The notes under the pieces are model-generated. The model searched no databases and was not told where the DNA came from. It saw only the letters and a list, made by a program, of their open reading frames with translations. The translations under genes were made by a program, and so were the position numbers. Shown piece by piece: positions 20,608 through 29,633 of a stretch of DNA of 52,977 bases; the first letter of the stretch is position 1; every line of letters begins with the position of its first letter. The stretch comes from Aeromicrobium sp. (lineage in GTDB: Bacteria; Actinomycetota; Actinomycetes; Propionibacteriales; Nocardioidaceae): NCBI RefSeq assembly GCF_025965075.1, contig NZ_JAOPXQ010000102.1, positions 1 through 52,977 on the forward strand, read 5' to 3'.

Positions 20608-20820
20608 ATGATCACCTCGACGTCCCCGCTCGGCTACCTGCTGCTGCTGCTCGACGTGCACAAGACACGTGCCGCCAAGTCGGAGCGAGGTGCGTCCGCC
20701 GTGGAGTGGGTCATCATCGCCGCGATCGTGGTCGGCATCTGCATCGTCATCGCCGGGATCCTCAAGTCGGCTCTCTCGGACGAGGCGAACGAGATCGGCA
20801 ACGAGATCCGGAACCAGTAG
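20608..20820 (+). CDS. flp: Flp-type major pilin
   Basis: 70 aa; strong RBS AGGAGG; class III signal ERG|ASAVEW (E at +5, W in place of the usual Flp Y) followed by a hydrophobic helix. Confidence 0.85.
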   Translation: MITSTSPLGYLLLLLDVHKTRAAKSERGASAVEWVIIAAIVVGICIVIAGILKSALSDEANEIGNEIRNQ

Positions 20821-20822
20821 TC

Positions 20823-21224
20823 ATGCGATCGCGACAGCGTCGACAGCGGGAGGAGGGCACCAGCGCCATCGAGCTGGTGCTCTACATGCCGCTGCTGATG
20901 GTCGCGATCATCCTGACGGTCCAGTTCGCGCTGGTCTACCTCGGCAACCAGGCGGTCTCCGCTGCCGCCCGGGAAGCCGCGCGCACCGCACGCGTGACGG
21001 GTGACGCGGCGGCCGGGCAGGCCCGCGGCTACGACTACGCCCGCGACCTCGGCCGGGGGCTGCTGGCCCGCGTCGACGTGCAGGTCGACCCCGTCGACGA
21101 CAACACGCAGATGCGCGCGGTCGTGAGCGCCGACGGCGAGCAGCTCCTGCCGTTCATCAGGTCGCCGCGACTCAGCGAAGAGGTCCAGGGGCCCATCGAG
21201 CAGTTCATCGAGGACGACGGATGA
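20823..21224 (+). CDS. TadE-like minor pilin
   Basis: EEG|TSAIELVLYMP..., AAAREAARTA motif. Confidence 0.88.
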   Translation: MRSRQRRQREEGTSAIELVLYMPLLMVAIILTVQFALVYLGNQAVSAAAREAARTARVTGDAAAGQARGYDYARDLGRGLLARVDVQVDPVDDNTQMRAVVSADGEQLLPFIRSPRLSEEVQGPIEQFIEDDG

Positions 21225-21640
21225 CCCGCCGGCGTCCCCGCACCCGGGCCGACGAGCGCGGCTCGATGGCGGTCGAGGTCGTGCTGCTGGTCCCCGTGCT
21301 CTTCCTGTTCCTGCTGCTCGTCATCGTCGGGGGCCGCTACGTCTCGGTCCGCGCCGACATGGAGGCGGCGGCCCGGGACGCGGCCCGCGCCGCGTCCCTC
21401 GAACGTACGCAGGGGGAGGCCGAGTCGGCCGCCAGCGCGGCGTCCAGCGCCGCACTCGACGGATTCGCGACATGCAGCATGTCGGACTTCGACGGGCCGT
21501 TCGTCGCCGGCGGGTCGGTCGAGGTCGAGATCGCGTGCGACGTGCCCAACGACGGGCTGGGGCTGCTCGGCCTGTCCGGCAGCGTGCGGATGACGGCGTC
21601 CGGCGCCGCCCCGCTCGACACCTACCGGCGGACCGGATGA
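21221..21640 (+). CDS. TadE/TadF-like minor pilin
   Basis: DERG|SMAVEVVLLVP..., AAARDAARAAS; two Cys residues. Confidence 0.88.
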   Translation: MTRRRPRTRADERGSMAVEVVLLVPVLFLFLLLVIVGGRYVSVRADMEAAARDAARAASLERTQGEAESAASAASSAALDGFATCSMSDFDGPFVAGGSVEVEIACDVPNDGLGLLGLSGSVRMTASGAAPLDTYRRTG

Positions 21641-22053
21641 GCGCGCGTCGTGACGAGCGGGGCTCGGCGGCGATCTTCGTCATCGGCATGTCGCTGGTCC
21701 TGATCGTCTGCGCCGGGCTCGTCGTCGACGGCGGCCTCGGGATCAACGCCCGGATGCGGGTCGCGGACGACGCCGAGCAGGCGGCACGGGTGGCGGCCGA
21801 CTCGATCGACGTCGACCTGCTGCGTTCCGGCGGCGGCCTCGTCATCAACGAGCAGCTGGCCCGTCAGCGCGCGGCGTCCTACCTGGGCCGCCGGGGCTAC
21901 GGGGCGGGCCAGTACGCGATCGACGTCGACGGCAACCAGGTCGACGTCGAGGTCCGGGACACGACCGAGACGACCCTGCTGAAGCTCATCAACGTGGACT
22001 CGTACGACGTCCGCGCGACGGCGAGCTCCGTACCCCAGACAGAAGCCGACTAG
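21637..22053 (+). CDS. TadG-like minor pilin
   Basis: ATGA overlap; DERG|SAAIF...GLVVDGG...ADDAEQAARVAA. Confidence 0.82.
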   Translation: MSARRDERGSAAIFVIGMSLVLIVCAGLVVDGGLGINARMRVADDAEQAARVAADSIDVDLLRSGGGLVINEQLARQRAASYLGRRGYGAGQYAIDVDGNQVDVEVRDTTETTLLKLINVDSYDVRATASSVPQTEAD

Positions 22054-22096
22054 GCGCGCCCGGCGCGCCCACAGCACACGACCCACAGGAGGATCC

Positions 22097-24790
22097 ATGG
22101 ACGACGACACCACGGTGCGCGACGACTCCGAGCGATCGACCGACCCGACCAGGTTCGCCACTGCCAGACCCCACGCCAAGGTGGAGCGACACGTCGGCGA
22201 GATCGTGGGCTCGGGTGCGGCGCTGCTGGCCCTGCTCATCGGCCTGCCCGTCCTGCTGCTGGTCCTCGCCGGGGCGCCGCCGATCCCGACGAGCCTGCCC
22301 ACGGTGCGGGACTTCGCCCAGCAGCTGAGCTTCGAGGACCTGCTGACGATCCTCGTGGGGGTCCTGTGGCTGACCTGGCTGTGGTTCGTCGTCTGCGTCG
22401 TGGTCGAGGTGCTGGCCGCCCGCCGCGGCGGCCTGGCGCGATCCGTGCCGCTGGCCGGCCCGCTGCAGCGGCTGGCCCGGGTCCTGGTGGGCGCGCTGCT
22501 GCTGACCGGCATCATGGCCGGCCAGGCGCAGGCCGTGACCCCCGAGGCGCCCGCCCACACCGGCAGCGTCTCGAGCACCATGACATTCGCCGACGCCGAG
22601 CTGCCGACGGTGGCCGTCGCGGACTCCGCCGACACGCCCGCGGTCGCCGACGAGGCTGACCAGGGGATGGTGGGCAAGAAGGTCTACACCGTCAAGGCGC
22701 CGAAGAACGGCTACCACGACAACCTCTGGGACATCGCCGAGAAGCACTTGGGCGACGGACGCCGCTACCACGAGATCTACGAGCTCAACAAGGACCACCT
22801 GCAGGCCGACGGCCTCAAGATCCAGCTGGCCCGGCTGATCCAGCCCGGCTGGGAGCTGCAGATGCCCGACGACGCCGTCGGCGTCGAGCGGGTGCAGGCG
22901 CCGGCCGAGACCCCGGCCGCCCCGGCCCCGGTCGCGCCCGACCGGACGCCCGACCAGGTCGCCGACAACGGCTCGGGCGAGGTCGCGGACGTCGCGGCCG
23001 ACGACCAGCGCACCGGCTGGATGGTCGGGATCGGCCTGCTGGCCGCGTCGGTCATCGGCGCCCTCGTGGTGCAGCGACGCCGCGGCAACGGCCGCCGCCC
23101 CGACGACGAGGCGCTCGAGCTGGAGGGCGGCCTGACGGTCGCGGCGTCGCCCGCCCGCGTCGAGCGTCTCGACCACGTCCTGCGGACCCTGACGGCCACG
23201 TGCCGGCAGGCCGGGGTCAACCCGCCGCCCGCCTACGGCGCGATCATCGACGACGAGTCCGTCGAGCTGCTGCTCAGCCCGGCCCAGACCGAGCCGGTCG
23301 CCGGCTGGGAGGCCCACGACAACGGTCGCCGCTGGCGGACCGAGGCGCCGGTCGACGGCCCCACGCCCTCCGAGGCCGTGCCGTACCCCGCCCTCGTCGG
23401 CCTCGGCATCGATCCCGACGGTCGCGACGTGCTGGTCGACCTGGAGTCCGCCGGCGGCATCGTGGCGGTCACGGGCGATCCCGGCGTGGCCGAGCAGGTC
23501 GCGGCAGCGGTCGCGGTCCAGGCCGCGACGGCGCCGTGGTCCGACACGGTCCGTGTCGTCGTGTCGGACCTCCCCGACGGGATCGCCGAGGTCGGCGACG
23601 CCCGGCTGCGGGTCGCCGACCTGGCCGACGAGCTCGACGGCTTCGAGCAGCAGATCGACCTGTGGCGTGACGGTGTCCTGACCGGACGCGTCGGCCGCCG
23701 CAGCTCCGCCACGACGCAGCTCGTCGTGAGCGGCCGGGTCCCGAGCCCGGAGATCGCCGAGCGGCTGGGTGCCCTCACGGGCGCCGGGCGTCAGGCCTTC
23801 TCGGTGCTGGTCGCCGGGGACCACGCCGGCGCCCGCTGGCGCCTGCAGGTCGACGAGCACGGCACCCTGACGGTCCCGCTGCTCGGCCTGACCCTGACCG
23901 CCAACCGGGTCAGCCCGGCGCAGGTCGAGGCCGTCGCCGAGCTGTTCGCCGCGGCCCGCGAGGTCGACCACCCCGACGAGGGGGACCGGGTGTCGATCAC
24001 CGAGCCGCTGCGCGGTCACGACGACTCCGCCTGGGCGGCCGCCTCGCGCCGGGTCGGCGTCCTGGGCGTGCTCACGGTCCAGGGAGCCGGGGCGCTCGCC
24101 GACGAGCGCAGCGAGCTCGCCACCGAGCTGGTCGCCTACCTGGCGCTGCACCCCGAGGGCGTCCACCCCACGGTCCTGGCCGGTGCGCTGTGGCCCCGCG
24201 GTGTCACGGCGGACGTCCGGGACGCGACGATCGAGCGTACGCGCAGCTGGCTCGGCACCGCCGTCGACGGCTCGCACGTGCTGCGGGCCGACGCCGACGG
24301 CCGGCTGTCGCTGTACGACGGGGTCGTGTGCGACTGGGACTGCGCCCGCAACCTCTTCCTCCGGGCCCGACGCGCACCGGCCCACCGTGAGGAGGCCGAG
24401 CTCCTGCGTCGCGGCCTCCAGCTCGCGCGGGGCCACGCGTTCGCGCAGGTGCCGCCCGGCCGCTACGGCTGGGTCGCGCAGGAGGACATCCCGCGCACCG
24501 TCACCCGGGTCGTCGTCGACGCGGCGCTGCGCCTCGTGGACCTGCTGGCCGAGGGCGAGCCTGACGGCGCCGCGCAGGCCGCCCTGGCGGGGCTCCGGGT
24601 CAGCCCCGGTGACCAGCGCCTGTGGCGGGCGCTCGTCCGGGCCCGCTACGACGTGTCGGGCGTCGCGGGCGTCCAGCAGACGCTCACCGAGATGGCCGAC
24701 GGGATCCGCAGCGCGCCGCTCGAGGCGGAGACCGAGGCCCTGATCAACGAGCTCATGCCTGACGTCGGAACCCTCGCGACCGGCAGCTGA
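22097..24790 (+). CDS. Membrane protein with LysM, degenerate FtsK-like, and SARP-type wHTH-BTAD domains
   Basis: N-terminal TM helices; LysM YTVK..DNLWDIAEKHLGDGRRYHEIYELN..LIQPGWELQMP; further TM; C-terminal VGVLG..ELVAYLALHP..LWP and BTAD-like CDWD..LQLARG..QRLWRALVRA. Confidence 0.82.
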   Translation: MDDDTTVRDDSERSTDPTRFATARPHAKVERHVGEIVGSGAALLALLIGLPVLLLVLAGAPPIPTSLPTVRDFAQQLSFEDLLTILVGVLWLTWLWFVVCVVVEVLAARRGGLARSVPLAGPLQRLARVLVGALLLTGIMAGQAQAVTPEAPAHTGSVSSTMTFADAELPTVAVADSADTPAVADEADQGMVGKKVYTVKAPKNGYHDNLWDIAEKHLGDGRRYHEIYELNKDHLQADGLKIQLARLIQPGWELQMPDDAVGVERVQAPAETPAAPAPVAPDRTPDQVADNGSGEVADVAADDQRTGWMVGIGLLAASVIGALVVQRRRGNGRRPDDEALELEGGLTVAASPARVERLDHVLRTLTATCRQAGVNPPPAYGAIIDDESVELLLSPAQTEPVAGWEAHDNGRRWRTEAPVDGPTPSEAVPYPALVGLGIDPDGRDVLVDLESAGGIVAVTGDPGVAEQVAAAVAVQAATAPWSDTVRVVVSDLPDGIAEVGDARLRVADLADELDGFEQQIDLWRDGVLTGRVGRRSSATTQLVVSGRVPSPEIAERLGALTGAGRQAFSVLVAGDHAGARWRLQVDEHGTLTVPLLGLTLTANRVSPAQVEAVAELFAAAREVDHPDEGDRVSITEPLRGHDDSAWAAASRRVGVLGVLTVQGAGALADERSELATELVAYLALHPEGVHPTVLAGALWPRGVTADVRDATIERTRSWLGTAVDGSHVLRADADGRLSLYDGVVCDWDCARNLFLRARRAPAHREEAELLRRGLQLARGHAFAQVPPGRYGWVAQEDIPRTVTRVVVDAALRLVDLLAEGEPDGAAQAALAGLRVSPGDQRLWRALVRARYDVSGVAGVQQTLTEMADGIRSAPLEAETEALINELMPDVGTLATGS

Positions 24791-24953
24791 CGCGGGGGTT
24801 GCGCCCGCTGACGCGCGACTCCCCGAGGGTGACGCGTGGGTCGCGCCGGGTGACGCGTGGGTTGCGTCCCCGCGCAACCCACGCGTCAGCGTGCCCAACC
24901 CACGCGTCAGCGGGCGTAACCCACGCGTCAGCGGGCGTAACCCACGCGTCGGC
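24786..24953. repeat. Mirror-symmetric array of 4+4 21-bp units between convergent genes
   Basis: TGACGCG at 24788/24809/24830/24851 and CGCGTC(A/G) at 24882/24903/24924/24945; central perfect 16-bp stem 24851-24866/24873-24888. Confidence 0.9.
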
Positions 24954-24958
24954 GGGGG

Positions 24959-27900
24959 TCAGGAGGGGAGGGGGGCCTGGATCGTGCGGAGGACGCCGTC
25001 GCCGAGGTTGGTCAGGACCCGGCCGGCCTGCGTCTGGGCGCCGATCGAGCTGCGCGGCATGCGTACGCCGATCAGCTCGCCGTCGCTGGTGCCCTGCGGC
25101 GAGATGACGACGCCCTGGCGGCCCTTCATCTCCACCTGCCACCCGCTGAAGCCGCTGCCGACCTCGCCGGAGTCGCCACCCAGGACGATGCCGCGGCCGA
25201 TGTCGCCACAGATGCGCTGCAGGGACTTCAGGTAGTCCTTGGCGTCGATGTCCTTGAGCAGCTCGCCGTCGTCGATCAGCAGCACGACGGGACCGTCGCC
25301 GTCCTCGATCAGCGGCTTGAGCTCGGCCTCGGTCAACGCGCTCGACGTCAGCACGGTGCGTACGCCGTCGCGTCCCGCGAGGTCGCGAAGCGGTGAGGGG
25401 CGCGGCGCCGCGATCACGAGCTCGGTGCCACCCCGCAGGAGCGACTCGGCGACCGACAGCAGCACCGTCGAGCGGCCGGACCGCGGTGGCCCGGCGACGA
25501 TTGCGACAGGGGTCCGCGACAGGTCCAACCCGACGGCCGTCAGCTCGTCCCCGCCGACGCCGACCATGGCCCACAGGGGCTGCGGCTCGGTCGTCTCCCG
25601 CATCGTCCAGGCCTCGTCGAACGTGATCCGCGTCGGCAGGACGTCGACCCGGAACGGTCGGGCCGACCGCGGGACGGCGGCGTGCCGCTCGACGGACTCG
25701 GCGGCAATCGCCCGGAGGTAGCCGGCCTGGGCCTGACCGCTGGTGTCCTCACCGAGCAGCGCGAACTGCAGCTCGAGCCCCGTCTCGGAGCGGAAGCCGC
25801 GGCCCTCGGGGATGTCCTCGGGCATCTTGCGAGGCTGCAGCCCGAGCAGCGAGTAGTCGGCGCGATCGGGCAGGCGCAGGCCGATCTTGTCCTCGATCAG
25901 CGAGCCCATCCGGGTGTTGGACAGCTGCCGGTCGCCCGTGATGACCAGGTGGATACCGGCGGAGGCGCCCTCGCGGAGGAAGTTCTGCACCTGCTCCAGC
26001 AGGGTGCCGCCCTCGAGCTCGGCGAGCCCACCCAGGAAGCCCTCCCACCGGTCGAGCAGCACGACGATGTGCGGCGGCCGCTCCGCCTCGTCGACGGAGG
26101 ACCGGAGCTCGCCGAGGTCGGCGTAGCCGTGCGCGGCGAGCATCTCCTGACGACGCGCGAGCTCGGCGGTGAGGCGGCCGAACAGGCGGGTCGCCCGGTC
26201 GGTCTGCGTGCGCTGCACGATCGCGCCGCAGTGCGGCAGGTCGGCGAGCGCCAGCAGCGCGCCGTTGCCGCAGTCGAGACCGTAGAGGTGGACGTCGGCG
26301 GGGCTCACGAGCTGCGCGATCGAGCCGGCCATCGTGCGCAGCGCCTGGGAGCGCCCGCTGCGGGGGCCGCCGACGATCGCGAGGTGCGAGAACGTCGAGA
26401 AGTCGATCGCGGCGTGCCGGCGGGCCTGCTCGGCGGGCAGGTCCTCGATCCCGAACGGGATGACTGGCAGCCGCGGCGCGGTGGCGGCTGCGGCCTCGGC
26501 GACCAGGTCGTCCAGCTGGACCGTCGTGGTCAGGGCGGGCAGCCACGGGCTGTGCTGGGGCGGCAGGGCGAGGTCGGTGTTGGCCTGGCGCACGGCCTCG
26601 ACGAGCACCGTCAGGTCGGTGACCTCGGCGTCGTCGACGACGGCGGCGCGCGGACGGACGGGAATCGCCTGGGGCAGCTCGCCGAGCCCGAGCTGGGCGA
26701 TCCACGGGGGTGCGGTCGCCGAGCTCACCGCGCCGGGACGGCGGCCACCGACGCGGCCCGACTGGAACGGCACGAGCGAGTTGGCGCCCAGTCGTACGTA
26801 CGCCCGGCCGGGGGTCGCCTTGGAGATGTTGCCCGCGTCGGGGGCGTCGATGACGTCGGAGCTCTCCGAGCCGTCCGTGACGCGCAGCGCGATGCGGAGG
26901 TTGGTGTTGGCCCGGATCTCGGGGGAGACGACGCCGCCGGGGCGCTGGGTCGCGAGGATCAGGTGGATGCCGAGCGAGCGGCCACGTTGGGCGATGTTGA
27001 CCAGGCCCGTGACGAAGTCCGGCAGCTCGCGGGCCAGCGACGCGAACTCGTCGATCACGATCAGCAGGCGGGGCATCGCGGCGAGCTCGGGCCGCTTGGC
27101 CTGCAGGTCGACGTAGTCCTCGATGTCCTTCGCGCCGGCACCGGCCAGCATGTGCTCGCGGCGGTTGAGCTCGGCGCCCAGGGACACCAGCGCCCGCTCG
27201 ACCAGGTGGGTGTCGAGGTCGGTCACCATCCCGACGGTGTGGGGCAGGTCGACGCAGTCCTTGAACGCCGCGCCACCCTTGTAGTCCACCAGCACGAACG
27301 TCATGCCGTCCGGCCGGTTCGCGACCGCGAGCGAGGCGACGATGGTCTGCAGGAGCTCGGACTTGCCGGCTCCCGTCGTGCCGGCGACCAGGCCGTGCGG
27401 TCCGTCCCGTCGCAGGTCGATCGAGAACGGCCCGTCGAGCGAGATGCCGACGACGGCCTCGGTCGAGCGCGGGCTGAGCGACCACCGGGCCCGGATGAGC
27501 TCGGCAGTGGGCGGCTCGATCGCCATGACCTCGGTGAGGCGGCACGCCGCCGGGAGCACGGAGTCGTCGTCGCCCCCGGAGATGTCACGCAAGGGCGCGA
27601 GCGACCGGGCGACCCGGGAGAGCCACGCGGGCTCGACCAGGTCGGGGATGATGTCGTCCACGACCGTGACCCGCTGCTGGCGCAGCGTCACGCCGCGCGG
27701 GGTCTCCAGGACGACCGCGGCGGCCTCCTCGGGCAGCAGCCGCTCGTCGGTGTCGAGGCAGATCGCGTAGATCCCGTGCGCGGGTCCCTGCTTGAGCAGC
27801 GCCACGACGCCCGGCAGCGAGCGGAGCCGGCGGGCGCCGTCGAAGACCACCACGATGTCCGGGCCCAGCCGCGGCCTGGAGGAGCCGGACTTGCCGGCCG

Positions 27901-29437
27901 CGGCACCCTGCCGCGCGGCGAGCGCAGCGGACAGCTCGGCGATGCGGCGGGCGCACGTCTCGGTGTCGACGCCCAGGGTCACGACGGTGTCCTGGCCGAA
28001 CTGCGGCCGGGCGTGGGGGAGCCAGCGCAGCCACTCCCACGCGGGTGCGCCCTCGGCGTCGGTCAGGACGTACACCTGGGTGTCGCTGGGGCTCTGCAGC
28101 GTCGCGAGCTGCGCGACGGCCCACGTGCAGATGCGGCGGGGCAGGTCGCCACGCCCGGCGATGCCGACGACACCGCGCTCGGCCAGTGGCAGGGCGACCG
28201 GGACGTCGTACGCCGGCCGCACCGTCCGGCGCTTGTGCTCCATCTGCTCGGGGTCGTCGACCGTGACCTCCGACTCCAGGTCGCCGACGCCGATGCGCAC
28301 CGAGAGGTAGTCGGGGTCGGTGATGCGACGCTCCCACAGCCGGGCGCGAGGACCGCTGGCGATCAGCAGCGTCAGTGCCGGGTCCGGCGCCTCCATGCGG
28401 CGGGCGACCCGCTCGTCGACGACGGCCTGCTCGATGTCGCCCTCGACCTGCTCCTTCTTCTGCTTGTAGTCGGCGAGCTGCTGGCGGTGCGTCTGCTTGC
28501 CCTGCTTCTTGCCCTGCAGGTAGGAGCCGAGCATCATCATCGGCGAGAACGCCGCCATCGTCAGCATGTACCAGCGGCCCGTGATCACCGCGAGGCTCAC
28601 GCCCATCACGACCGGGAGCATCATCGTCAGCCAGGGCAGGCCGCTGCGGTTCTGCTCGCGGGGCGTTGCGGGAAGCTTGAACGACGTGGGGCGCTCGGGC
28701 GGCAGCAGGCGGGGCGGCCGGTTGTAGTCGATCCACCCCGGCTCGGGGCTGTCCTCCAGCGCCGCGTCGGGCACGTCGATCGTCTCGAGCTCGAGGCGTA
28801 CGTCCCCGATCGTCAGCTGCGAGCCGACCGGCCAGGCGGTGTCCACCTCGGGCAGGACCTCCCGGTCCAGCGCCAGTGGCGGGTCGGCGTGGGGGATCGT
28901 CTCGGCCAGCGCGTCGGCCGCCCCGCCCATGGCCCGGACCGTCACGGCACCGTGGATGTCGACGACGACGGCCGCGACCAGCGGCGGGACCCGGTCGTCG
29001 TGCAGACGGATCGTGCAGCCCGGGTCGGTGCCGACACCGGCCTCGCCGACCGACAGCCGGTGCACCGCTCCGGCTCCCGAGCCGGACACCACGCGGATCT
29101 CGACCAGGCCCTCGGGCTCGTCCACGACCGACGCCGCCCGGTCGTCGATCGTGATGAACGAGCCGCTCTTGATCCCGGAGTCGGCCACCGGGACGGCCGG
29201 GTCGAGCGCCTGGCCGCGCAGGTAGAGCACGTGCCGCGGGGCGTCGGTGACCGCGACGACGCGGCTGTCCCGGCGCGAGGCCAGCGAGATGACGTCGGAG
29301 TCGAGCACCGCCGGGGCGACGGGCTGCGCCGTCAGTGCGTCGACCAGGTCCGACACGGGCGCCGCGTCGTCGGCGTCGATCACGACGTGCCGGACGTTGC
29401 CGGAGTGAGGGTTGGCAATGGTCACTTCGACACGCAT
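24959..29437 (-). CDS. Type VII secretion FtsK/SpoIIIE ATPase (EccC/EssC-like) with N-terminal ubiquitin-like and FHA-like domains
   Basis: Start moved to ATG 29437 (TATGCT -10 lies 7 nt upstream); YNRPPR then two TM helices; D1 GTTGAGKS/IVIDEF/GRSLGIHLILATQRP; D2 GGPRSGRS; D3 GPPRSGRST; divergent WXG100 gene. Confidence 0.9.
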   Translation of the reverse strand: MRVEVTIANPHSGNVRHVVIDADDAAPVSDLVDALTAQPVAPAVLDSDVISLASRRDSRVVAVTDAPRHVLYLRGQALDPAVPVADSGIKSGSFITIDDRAASVVDEPEGLVEIRVVSGSGAGAVHRLSVGEAGVGTDPGCTIRLHDDRVPPLVAAVVVDIHGAVTVRAMGGAADALAETIPHADPPLALDREVLPEVDTAWPVGSQLTIGDVRLELETIDVPDAALEDSPEPGWIDYNRPPRLLPPERPTSFKLPATPREQNRSGLPWLTMMLPVVMGVSLAVITGRWYMLTMAAFSPMMMLGSYLQGKKQGKQTHRQQLADYKQKKEQVEGDIEQAVVDERVARRMEAPDPALTLLIASGPRARLWERRITDPDYLSVRIGVGDLESEVTVDDPEQMEHKRRTVRPAYDVPVALPLAERGVVGIAGRGDLPRRICTWAVAQLATLQSPSDTQVYVLTDAEGAPAWEWLRWLPHARPQFGQDTVVTLGVDTETCARRIAELSAALAARQGAAAGKSGSSRPRLGPDIVVVFDGARRLRSLPGVVALLKQGPAHGIYAICLDTDERLLPEEAAAVVLETPRGVTLRQQRVTVVDDIIPDLVEPAWLSRVARSLAPLRDISGGDDDSVLPAACRLTEVMAIEPPTAELIRARWSLSPRSTEAVVGISLDGPFSIDLRRDGPHGLVAGTTGAGKSELLQTIVASLAVANRPDGMTFVLVDYKGGAAFKDCVDLPHTVGMVTDLDTHLVERALVSLGAELNRREHMLAGAGAKDIEDYVDLQAKRPELAAMPRLLIVIDEFASLARELPDFVTGLVNIAQRGRSLGIHLILATQRPGGVVSPEIRANTNLRIALRVTDGSESSDVIDAPDAGNISKATPGRAYVRLGANSLVPFQSGRVGGRRPGAVSSATAPPWIAQLGLGELPQAIPVRPRAAVVDDAEVTDLTVLVEAVRQANTDLALPPQHSPWLPALTTTVQLDDLVAEAAAATAPRLPVIPFGIEDLPAEQARRHAAIDFSTFSHLAIVGGPRSGRSQALRTMAGSIAQLVSPADVHLYGLDCGNGALLALADLPHCGAIVQRTQTDRATRLFGRLTAELARRQEMLAAHGYADLGELRSSVDEAERPPHIVVLLDRWEGFLGGLAELEGGTLLEQVQNFLREGASAGIHLVITGDRQLSNTRMGSLIEDKIGLRLPDRADYSLLGLQPRKMPEDIPEGRGFRSETGLELQFALLGEDTSGQAQAGYLRAIAAESVERHAAVPRSARPFRVDVLPTRITFDEAWTMRETTEPQPLWAMVGVGGDELTAVGLDLSRTPVAIVAGPPRSGRSTVLLSVAESLLRGGTELVIAAPRPSPLRDLAGRDGVRTVLTSSALTEAELKPLIEDGDGPVVLLIDDGELLKDIDAKDYLKSLQRICGDIGRGIVLGGDSGEVGSGFSGWQVEMKGRQGVVISPQGTSDGELIGVRMPRSSIGAQTQAGRVLTNLGDGVLRTIQAPLPS

Positions 29438-29633
29438 GCGAGCCAGCATAGGTTGGCGCGTCGGTGCAGCACGAGTCGACGAGCCCGCTTCGTGACAGCC
29501 TGACGATTGCCCCGTCTCCACGGGATGACCCGTCGCGCGATGTCCGTTAGGGTCATACCCATCAAGCCGGGTGTTGTTCCGGAGGCCCGCAGCGGCCGTC
29601 GGGGGGCCGGCATCCCTAGCGAAAGGCAGTTCC

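Noticed and set aside
24786-24953. CRISPR array or a TPADAWV-repeat protein
   Set aside because: Units are contiguous 21-mers without unique spacers and invert halfway; no cas genes are present; the peptide repeat is only a translation of the DNA repeat overlapping eccC.
15927-29437. Conjugative element (AICE/T4SS) suggested by FtsK and VirB11-like ATPases
   Set aside because: No integrase, Rep, relaxase or att sites; the FtsK protein has the triple-domain EccC layout beside WXG100, and the ATPase sits with TadB/C and Flp pilins.
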